This document shows, piece after piece, positions 34,814 through 41,823 of a DNA stretch of 41,823 nt (position 1 is the first letter of the stretch; every line of letters starts with the position of its first letter). A program made the translations under genes and the position numbers. Source of the DNA: Elusimicrobiota bacterium (GTDB taxonomy: Bacteria > CG03 > SLGR01 > JAFGSA01). A model generated the notes under the pieces. It worked only from the letters and a program-made list of their open reading frames with translations, was not told the DNA's origin and did not search any database. The DNA lies in assembly GCA_016934855.1 (NCBI GenBank), contig JAFGSA010000066.1, positions 1 through 41,823 on the forward strand, in the 5' to 3' direction.

Positions 34814-36010
34814 ATGAAAGAAAAACCGAAGACAGTAAAACAGCTTGAAGGAGAAATATCAGAGCTCAGGGTAAAGCTGGAGCAGGCGAATTCCGAGAAC
34901 AGGAAATCCGAAGAAAGGCACAGGGAATCCGAAGAACGCTATAAGGATTTCATCGAAAGCGCCAGGTATGCCATTTTCACGACAGACGTTAACGGCGTCA
35001 TAACTTCGCTTAATCCCCATTTCGAGAAACTGACGGGCTGGAACTGCGCTGAATGGATAGGTAAGGATTTCTCGGATATAATACATCCCGAAGACAGGAT
35101 TTCTTCCGTGGAGTCTTTTATAAGGCTGATGAAAGGGTATGAAGACCCCTTCATAGAGCTCAGGGTGCTGACAAAGTCGGGTAAGTACATCATAGGGGAG
35201 TTCAAATCCACCTTGCTCAAGCAGAACGGGGAAGTCATAGGCGCTCACGGGATAGCTCATGACGTGACGGAGCGTAAAGAAAACGCGGAGAAACTGAAAA
35301 AGTACAGGGACAAGCTCCAGGAACTGGTAAACGATCAGATGAAAGAGCTCATAAAGACGAACGAACAGCTTTACAGGGAGATAAACGAGAGGAAAGATAC
35401 AGAGAAGAAACTCCAGACAAGTCTTTCGAATTTCAAGAAAAGCCTTACGGGCACGGTCAACGCCCTGGGGGCCGCTGTCGAAAAAAGGGATCCGTATACT
35501 TCGGGCCACCAGCTGAGAGTAGCCAGGCTCGCCTGCGAAATTGCGAGGGAGATGAGACTCTCGGAACAGGAAATAGACGGCATCCGTATCGCGAGCCTCC
35601 TGCATGACATCGGGAAGATCACTGTCCCTGCCGAGATACTCAGCAAGCCCGGCGTATTGACAGAGCTGGAATACAACCTTATCAAGAACCACTCGAGGAT
35701 AGGCTATGAGATATTGAGCGAGATAGAGTTCCCCTGGCCGATCGCGGATATAGTCTTCCAGCATCATGAAAGGATAGACGGCTCGGGGTATTCCCAGGGG
35801 CTGTACAGGGATCAGATAATGATCGAGGCCAGGATCCTGAGCGTAGCAGACGTTGTCGAAGCAATGTCTTCTCACAGGCCTTACAGGCCCATCAGGGGGC
35901 TGGACAAGGCTTTAAAAGAGATATCCAACAACAAGGGAGTCCTTTATGACGAAAAAGTCGTAGAGGCCTGTTTAAGAGTCTTTATCGAGAAAGGTTTTCA
36001 GTTCGAGTAG
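34814..36010 (+). CDS. Coiled-coil / PAS / HD-GYP-type phosphodiesterase, with a GYS variant of the GYP motif
   Basis: PAS domain (TTDVNGVITSLNPHFEKLTGW); HD residues (LLHDIGKI); HHERIDGSGYSQGL. Confidence 0.8.
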   Translation: MKEKPKTVKQLEGEISELRVKLEQANSENRKSEERHRESEERYKDFIESARYAIFTTDVNGVITSLNPHFEKLTGWNCAEWIGKDFSDIIHPEDRISSVESFIRLMKGYEDPFIELRVLTKSGKYIIGEFKSTLLKQNGEVIGAHGIAHDVTERKENAEKLKKYRDKLQELVNDQMKELIKTNEQLYREINERKDTEKKLQTSLSNFKKSLTGTVNALGAAVEKRDPYTSGHQLRVARLACEIAREMRLSEQEIDGIRIASLLHDIGKITVPAEILSKPGVLTELEYNLIKNHSRIGYEILSEIEFPWPIADIVFQHHERIDGSGYSQGLYRDQIMIEARILSVADVVEAMSSHRPYRPIRGLDKALKEISNNKGVLYDEKVVEACLRVFIEKGFQFE

Positions 36011-36941
36011 GGATATCCCTGCCGGCGAGCAGCTTTTTCGTAAATCCGTATAGCAGAAAAACAGATATCAAGGTATGGAGCAGGTAACATAAGAGGGATA
36101 TCAGTATCCCCGCACTGAGGAGCCGCTCCGTGTCCGCAATCCCCGCGAAGAAAACCATTACGGCCGCTTCCCTGGTGCCTACGCCCGAGACTGTTACTGG
36201 TATGTTCGTAATGAGCACGGTAAGCGGGATGAAAACAGCCAGGCGCGGAAATATCACGTCTATGTCCAGTGACCCGAATATCAGTCCCGCCGCGAGTATG
36301 AATGAGGCCTGGAAGACTATTCCCGAAAAAAACATAACAAGCTTCTGAGCCGCTGATATATCCGCGGCGATATCCCCGGGCGCATAATGTTCTGCGCGGG
36401 AAAAACGCAGGGCTTTCCGGAAGATTACAGCCATCGGTCCTGAAACAAAGTATATCATGGCTATAAGAACCAGTGCGGCAAGGATTTTTACAGTAACCGG
36501 GATTCGGAAAAAGACAAAACCTGCATAAATACAGGAAAATATGCCGAGTGAACTGTATGCTTTGTCGAGCACTATGGAGTATATCGACTTGATGACGGGA
36601 AAGCCGTTGTTTCTTTTCAGGTAGAGAGGAAGAGCGAGAGTGCCTATCTTAAGGGGTATGATCGAACGCACAGGCCGGCTGCCCATGAAGAGGAACAGCG
36701 TTTCCCTGAAACTTATGCCGCAGCCGGTCGCCCTGAGTATATAGTGCCACCTGTAAGCGGCAAAAATATTATTGAAAAAAAGGGATACCGCTACGGCGGG
36801 CAGGATGAGAGACATCCTGGCGGAGATTAGATGGTCTATGAATAACCGTGGCTGGATGTTTCTGAACAGCAGGCAGATTATGGCGGAACTCACCGCAAGG
36901 GGAAGCAGTATTTTAAAAATTTTTGCAAACCGGCCGGACAT
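35982..36941 (-). CDS. UPF0104 / lysylphosphatidylglycerol-synthase-TM-region-like (flippase-like) membrane protein
   Basis: 319 aa with ~8 transmembrane helices and an N-terminus typical of the TIGR00374 family. It lies downstream of a REC-only gene on the same strand. Confidence 0.5.
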   Translation of the reverse strand: MSGRFAKIFKILLPLAVSSAIICLLFRNIQPRLFIDHLISARMSLILPAVAVSLFFNNIFAAYRWHYILRATGCGISFRETLFLFMGSRPVRSIIPLKIGTLALPLYLKRNNGFPVIKSIYSIVLDKAYSSLGIFSCIYAGFVFFRIPVTVKILAALVLIAMIYFVSGPMAVIFRKALRFSRAEHYAPGDIAADISAAQKLVMFFSGIVFQASFILAAGLIFGSLDIDVIFPRLAVFIPLTVLITNIPVTVSGVGTREAAVMVFFAGIADTERLLSAGILISLLCYLLHTLISVFLLYGFTKKLLAGRDIPTRTENLSR

Positions 36942-36958
36942 GCGAGGGAACTTTCCTT

Positions 36959-37351
36959 TTACAGGTCTATCCCCAGGAGATCGGAAACCTTCATTTTAAG
37001 GCGGTCCCAGTCAAGCGGTTTTATCAGGTAATCGTCGGCTCCGCATTTGAATCCTTTGTCGATATCGGGGGATTTTCCCATTCCTGTGAGGAGGATTATA
37101 GGTATTTTATGAGTCGAAGGGTCTTTTTTCAGTATCCTGCAGACGTTGAATCCGTCGATGTCGGGTATGTTGAGATCGAGTATGATCAGGTCGGGTTTAT
37201 TTTTTTTTGCGATCTCTACAGCTTTAAAGCCGCTTTCTTCGGTAAGTATCCTGAACCCCCAGCTTTCGAATATCAGGCTGGCAGTGTCTTTAACACCCTG
37301 TTCATCGTCAACTATCAGTACGGTTTTGTTTTTCCTAAGGTTGAATATCAC
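36959..37351 (-). CDS. Single-domain response regulator (REC only)
   Basis: VLIVDDE...DLIILDLNIPD...K; 130 aa. Confidence 0.8.
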   Translation of the reverse strand: MIFNLRKNKTVLIVDDEQGVKDTASLIFESWGFRILTEESGFKAVEIAKKNKPDLIILDLNIPDIDGFNVCRILKKDPSTHKIPIILLTGMGKSPDIDKGFKCGADDYLIKPLDWDRLKMKVSDLLGIDL

Positions 37352-37474
37352 AAAGAAATTTTAGATACTTTTAAGCTTAAAATCAAGAGAGCACCGGCAG
37401 GGAAGGAGCATCGTTTGATTTTACGTACAAAAAAATATAAAATTCATTAAACTCTTTCGAGTGCGGAGGAAAAT

Positions 37475-37867
37475 GTGCCCAATAAGAAAATACTTATAAT
37501 AGAGGATGACAGGAACGTCAACGAAGTGATAAAGGAAAATCTCCGGGCGGAAGGATACCTGACAGTGTCGGCATATGACGGGGCGCAGGCAACGCAGTAC
37601 GCGAATTCTGAAAAACCGGACCTGATTACGCTCGATATAAACATGCCTGCAGGAAAAGGCGACGTGATATATGAAAGGCTGAAGAAGCTCGAGACTACCA
37701 GGAATATACCGGTCATAATAATAACCGCACAATCACCGGAAAACATGGAAAAGATCATTGTTGATAAAAATATCAGAAAAGAAGATATTTTTTACAAGCC
37801 TATCAGGTTTGAAAAACTTCTGGAAAAGATAAACATGTATCTGGGGGGCAGAGAAGGAGCCTCCTGA
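37475..37867 (+). CDS. Single-domain response regulator (REC only), with a GTG start
   Basis: ILIIEDD...DLITLDINMP...K. GGAGG lies 5 nt upstream of the GTG at 37475. Confidence 0.8.
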   Translation: MPNKKILIIEDDRNVNEVIKENLRAEGYLTVSAYDGAQATQYANSEKPDLITLDINMPAGKGDVIYERLKKLETTRNIPVIIITAQSPENMEKIIVDKNIRKEDIFYKPIRFEKLLEKINMYLGGREGAS

Positions 37868-37952
37868 ATAGTATTGACAAAATCGACCTTATAAAGTAAA
37901 TTATCAGGAAAATTTCAAAAGGATCCGGATTAAACGGGACAAGAAAGAGAAA

Positions 37953-38510
37953 ATGATACCAAACAAATTATTTCTTACACGCGGAGTGGGCGTGCACAAG
38001 GACAAGCTCGCTTCTTTCGAGCTGGCGCTGAGAGATGCCGGAATAGAGAAATGCAACCTGGTATGCGTCTCCAGCATATTGCCTCCCAACTGCAAAATGA
38101 TCGCCAAGACAGAGGGTCTTAAAATACAGAAACCGGGAGAGATAACATTCTGCGTTATGGCGCGAAACGAGACGAATGAACCGAGCAGGCTGATCTCGGC
38201 CGCTATAGGCATAGCCGTGCCCAAGGACAGATCTTATTACGGGTACCTGTCCGAACATCATGCTTTCGGCGAGATGGCAAAGATATCCGGTGAATATGCG
38301 GAGGATCTTGCCGCTACCATGCTCGCAACGACGCTCGGCGTGGCTTTCGATCCTGATTCGGCCTGGGACGAACGCAAGCAGGTCTATCACGCGAGCGGAC
38401 ATATATTCAAAACCAACAACATATGCCAGTCGGCTACGGGGCACAAAGACGGACTCTGGACTTCCGTAATAGCGCTGGCAGTTTTCATCAAAGACGATTT
38501 TGGAATATAA
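37953..38510 (+). CDS. pdaD: Pyruvoyl-dependent arginine decarboxylase
   Basis: The N-terminus [26 protein letters not shown] is the PdaD family signature, including the serine cleavage-site region. The protein is 185 aa. Confidence 0.8.
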   Translation: MIPNKLFLTRGVGVHKDKLASFELALRDAGIEKCNLVCVSSILPPNCKMIAKTEGLKIQKPGEITFCVMARNETNEPSRLISAAIGIAVPKDRSYYGYLSEHHAFGEMAKISGEYAEDLAATMLATTLGVAFDPDSAWDERKQVYHASGHIFKTNNICQSATGHKDGLWTSVIALAVFIKDDFGI

Positions 38511-39360
38511 CGCTTCCAGAAATTTCAACGGTCTTCCGGAAAAACATTCACTATACAGTACTTCAAGGATCGCAATACTGCCGGTACCTTTCGACGGAAC
38601 GAGCACCTGGATCAAGGGGGCGGATAAAGGACCTTCAGCAATAATAGAAGCCTCGCAGAACCTTGAATTGTATGATATCGAGACGGGTTCGGAGGTTTTC
38701 AGAAAGGGGATATACACAGGGAAGGAGATAAAAGCTTCCGGGCCGGATGAAATGGTGGGTGCTGTCTATAAAGAAGTAGGAAAACTGCTGGAGGACGAGA
38801 AGTTCCCCGTAATTATCGGGGGCGAACACTCGGTATCTATCGGCGCAGTCAGGGCAGTGAACGAATTTCACGGGGGAATATCGGTACTGCATCTTGATGC
38901 TCATTCGGATATGCGGGATATTTATGAGGGGTCTCCCAATAACCATGCCTGCGTGATGGCAAGAGTGAAGGAGATGGGGTGCAGGTATGTCTCGGTAGGG
39001 ATCAGGAGTTCGGATACATCCGAACTGAAGAATATAGAAAGGGACCGGACTTTCTATGCCGAGAACATATACGGCTCGGGGGATTGGATGGAGAAAGTGA
39101 TAGACAGCCTGCCGGAAGGCAGGGTTTATATCACAATAGATCTGGACGTCTTTGATATAGGGCTGATGCCCTCGACTGGCACCCCGGAACCCGGCGGGCT
39201 TGACTGGTACCAGGTGACGGGACTGCTCAGAAGGGTTGCCGAAAACAGGGAAATAGTCGCATTTGACGTAGTAGAATTGTGCCCTTCCGGCAATAAGGCG
39301 CCTGATTTCCTCGCCGCGAAGCTCATTTACAAGCTTTTAAGTTACATATTCAGGATTTAA
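38500..39360 (+). CDS. speB: Agmatinase (arginase/ureohydrolase family)
   Basis: GGEHS, DAHSD and DLDVFD Mn-binding motifs. It overlaps the pdaD stop. Confidence 0.8.
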   Translation: MEYNASRNFNGLPEKHSLYSTSRIAILPVPFDGTSTWIKGADKGPSAIIEASQNLELYDIETGSEVFRKGIYTGKEIKASGPDEMVGAVYKEVGKLLEDEKFPVIIGGEHSVSIGAVRAVNEFHGGISVLHLDAHSDMRDIYEGSPNNHACVMARVKEMGCRYVSVGIRSSDTSELKNIERDRTFYAENIYGSGDWMEKVIDSLPEGRVYITIDLDVFDIGLMPSTGTPEPGGLDWYQVTGLLRRVAENREIVAFDVVELCPSGNKAPDFLAAKLIYKLLSYIFRI

Positions 39361-39445
39361 AGGATATTGTTTCATTTGATTTTTTTACCTTAAATAAATA
39401 AAATCCATAATAATTGGTTTATTAATCAGGCGATCCAGGCACAGA

Positions 39446-40285
39446 ATGAAAGAAATACAGAAATATCAGCTTGCGCAGCTGGTCAATATGCACAGCATAA
39501 AAGCGATGTTCGAGGAAATCAAATATAATTTCCTTTATAACTATTCTATAAACGATTTTCAGAAAGTAAGAGACATTTTCAATGATTTCCTAAGCCTTTG
39601 CAGGACAAATACCTTTGAACACGACGGCATAGTCAACGCCGTAAACACGATGCTCGCCTATTCGTGTATAATCGACGGATATAATATAGATAACGCAACT
39701 CTCCCCGCTTCTGTAGCCAAGGTGGGGCTTATAACCTGTTTGCTACACGACAGTTCAATAGCGGACTCAAAGCCGGCACATGACCATATACAGCGCAGTA
39801 TAAGTTTTATTAACAGATATTTCGACGAGAATAAGATAGACAGGCAGGAATATAACCTGGCGGTCAGGATGGTCGAATATACCGATCTTTTCAACGATGT
39901 TTCCGGAATCGACCTGAAAAAAGAAGAAGAGAGGCTCGCGGGATGCATGGTAGGTACCGCAAATATAGTCGGCCAGATGTCGACAAGGACGTACCTCGAA
40001 AGGCTGTTCGCCTCTTACGACGTCATAAGGAAGTTCAAGATAATAGACCAGCCGTCCATACTCCAGCTTCTGAAAAAAACGATAGAGTTTTACAATACTA
40101 CGATAAAAACAAGAATAGAAAAGGACTACAAAGGCGTGTACAAATACTGCCGGACCCATTTTAATAAAAGATACAGAATAGATGCGAACTTATATATAGA
40201 AGCGATAGAAAGGCAGTTGAACTATCTTGAGGACGTCCTTGAGAAGGCTCCCGACACTTTTAAAGAAAAGCTGAGAAGAACATGA
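39446..40285 (+). CDS. HD-domain-like hypothetical protein, paralog 1, with partly degenerate motifs
   Basis: Homologous to the downstream gene (LAY..IDGYNI, LLHDS, GTANIVGQM...RTYLE, KEKLRR). The first His of H..HD is missing and D is replaced by N in GTAD. Confidence 0.55.
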   Translation: MKEIQKYQLAQLVNMHSIKAMFEEIKYNFLYNYSINDFQKVRDIFNDFLSLCRTNTFEHDGIVNAVNTMLAYSCIIDGYNIDNATLPASVAKVGLITCLLHDSSIADSKPAHDHIQRSISFINRYFDENKIDRQEYNLAVRMVEYTDLFNDVSGIDLKKEEERLAGCMVGTANIVGQMSTRTYLERLFASYDVIRKFKIIDQPSILQLLKKTIEFYNTTIKTRIEKDYKGVYKYCRTHFNKRYRIDANLYIEAIERQLNYLEDVLEKAPDTFKEKLRRT

Positions 40286-41259
40286 ACATGGAGAATATCA
40301 CGAAAGACAAAAGGTACGACAAGATACTGAAAAACGAGATAGCTCAGCTCACAAAACTCGTGGACATAGACAGTCCGAACGCGGTGCTGGAGGAAGTCAA
40401 GTGCATTTTCATCCAGAATTACCATGTTAAGGATTTCCTGATAATGCGGAAAGTCTTCAAGGATTTCATCACTCTTTACAACGGATTATATCCCGGCTAT
40501 AAAAAATGCAACACGCCTTATCATGATATAAATCATTCTATGGACACTTTCCTGGCTTACGCGAGATTGGTCGACGGGTATAATATCAGAGAAAAACCCC
40601 TGCCTGTCAAGAGCGTCGTGATAGGGCTTATAGCTGTTCTCTTTCACGACAGCGGGTATATCCAGAAAAAGAACGATAATGTCGGTACAGGCGCCAAATA
40701 CACCAAGAATCACGAGAAAAGAAGCATGGAATTCTTGAAAAAATATTTCAGGCTTATAGGTTTTGACGAGAAATCTTACGAATTATCCTGTAAGATGGTA
40801 AGGTGTACCGACCTGAAAGAAGATGCATCCAGGATAAGATTCGGCAGCAATGACGAAAAAATACTGGCTCATATTGTAGGAACCGCCGATCTGATTGGGC
40901 AGATGGCGTCGAGGACATATCTTGAAAATCTTTCGTATTTATACAGGGAATTCAAGGAATCGCAGATGCCGGGGTACGATTCAGAGATGGATCTTCTGAG
41001 AAACACGGTGAAATTTTATGATAACATAGCCAAAATCAAGCTTAAAAACGAGCTTGGCGGCTTATTTGAATACGCCAGGGATCATTTCGCCAAAAGGTAC
41101 GGGATAGACAGGAACCTGTATGTCGAATCCATAGAAAAACAGCTGGGATACCTTACTATGGTTATGGAAACCGCTCCCAGGGGTTCTTATAAGGAGAAAC
41201 TGAGAAGGAAAAGGAAGAAGACGAAAAAGACGGGAAAGAAAGGGAAGAATCATGACTGA
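40282..41259 (+). CDS. HD-domain phosphohydrolase-like hypothetical protein, paralog 2, with an intact H..HD..D pattern and a Lys-rich tail
   Basis: YHDINH, LFHDSGY and GTADLIGQM. The C-terminus is RRKRKKTKKTGKKGK. Its ATG overlaps the paralog-1 stop (ATGA). Confidence 0.55.
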   Translation: MNMENITKDKRYDKILKNEIAQLTKLVDIDSPNAVLEEVKCIFIQNYHVKDFLIMRKVFKDFITLYNGLYPGYKKCNTPYHDINHSMDTFLAYARLVDGYNIREKPLPVKSVVIGLIAVLFHDSGYIQKKNDNVGTGAKYTKNHEKRSMEFLKKYFRLIGFDEKSYELSCKMVRCTDLKEDASRIRFGSNDEKILAHIVGTADLIGQMASRTYLENLSYLYREFKESQMPGYDSEMDLLRNTVKFYDNIAKIKLKNELGGLFEYARDHFAKRYGIDRNLYVESIEKQLGYLTMVMETAPRGSYKEKLRRKRKKTKKTGKKGKNHD

Positions 41260-41823
41260 TATCAAAAGTATGGGGCTGGCCGGAGAAGGCCGCAGGCGTA
41301 TAGAATGGGCTGACCAGGACATGCCTGTCCTGCAGTTAGTGAGGGACGAATTCAAGAAGTCCGGTATACTGAGAGGATTAAAGATGTCATGCTGTCTTCA
41401 TGTTACGGCCGAGACGGCAAACCTCGTCAGGACACTGAAAGCCGGCGGGGCCGATGTCCTTTTGTGCGCGTCCAATCCTCTCAGCACGCAGGACGATGTG
41501 GCGGCGTCTCTCGTAAAAGACTACGGGATAAAGGTCTTCGCTATAAAAGGAGAAAACACGAAAACCTTCTATAAACACATACAGGCCGCCATAGACCACA
41601 ATCCCGTGATCACGATGGATGACGGTGCGGACCTTATATCGACGCTTCATTCAAAATATCCGAAAAAGTGCTCGAAGGTGCTGGGAAGCATGGAGGAGAC
41701 AACAACCGGGGTCATAAGGCTCAAGGCTATGGAGAGGGACGGGGTACTGAGGCTTCCCGTCATAGCTGTGAATGACGCTAAGACCAAGAACCTGTTTGAT
41801 AACAGGTACGGCACGGGACAATC
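41252..41823 (+). CDS. ahcY: Adenosylhomocysteinase, N-terminal part; it runs off the window end
   Basis: MTDIKSMGLAGEGRRRIEWADQDMPVL and VNDAKTKNLFDNRYGTGQ are the AhcY N-terminal signature. No stop codon is reached. Confidence 0.85.
   Translation, partial: MTDIKSMGLAGEGRRRIEWADQDMPVLQLVRDEFKKSGILRGLKMSCCLHVTAETANLVRTLKAGGADVLLCASNPLSTQDDVAASLVKDYGIKVFAIKGENTKTFYKHIQAAIDHNPVITMDDGADLISTLHSKYPKKCSKVLGSMEETTTGVIRLKAMERDGVLRLPVIAVNDAKTKNLFDNRYGTGQ

Noticed and set aside
34859-35875. 338-aa ORF on the minus strand
   Set aside because: It is antisense to the PAS/HD-GYP gene. No support.

Overview
This 41.8-kb window is bacterial chromosomal DNA from an organism with strong Shine-Dalgarno usage, probably an uncultured anaerobe; the phylum cannot be assigned from sequence alone. 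By eye, GC is about 45-52% in the housekeeping regions and about 30-42% in the glycosylation cluster and a few other patches.

Gene content:
- Housekeeping genes: dtd, hflX next to an SPFH/band-7 gene, der, plsY, gpsA, HU, greA and a 5'-partial ahcY.
- Signalling proteins: a REC-GAF-histidine-kinase hybrid, a CHASE2 adenylate/guanylate cyclase, a PAS/HD-GYP protein, and three single-domain response regulators.
- Envelope and carbohydrate genes: a multidomain GH3 beta-glucosidase, a GtrB-like GT2 with a large polytopic membrane protein and two methyltransferases, and an epimerase/SDR pair.
- Polyamine genes: pyruvoyl-dependent arginine decarboxylase plus agmatinase, and a COG4262-type membrane protein with a spermidine-synthase-like domain preceded by a ferredoxin.
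- A fused Memo (AmmeMemoRadiSam B) and AMMECR1 (A) protein that carries a lipoprotein-type signal peptide.
- Three tRNA genes: Gly-CCC, Pro-GGG and Pro-CGG.
- No rRNA, CRISPR array, integrase, transposase or toxin-antitoxin gene was recognised.

The most unusual feature is non-coding. Downstream of tRNA-Gly, downstream of tRNA-Pro(CGG), and again at the window start, there are tandem repeat units of about 160-190 bp. Each unit ends with a conserved ~70-nt block fused to a copy of the 3' end of the neighbouring tRNA, which is the signature of an attR junction. These could be a family of miniature or decayed tRNA-3'-end-targeting integrative elements, or some other tRNA-end-templated repeat.

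Other points of interest:
- A histidine kinase whose H-box His is replaced by Asn.
- A spermidine-synthase-like domain with degenerate catalytic motifs.
- A low-GC glycosylation islet beside tRNA-Pro.
- A beta-propeller cargo protein with a T9SS-like C-terminal domain, next to a FadL/PorV-like outer-membrane protein.
- A tandem pair of HD-domain paralogs.
- An orphan promoter/terminator pair that suggests a ~150-nt sRNA.
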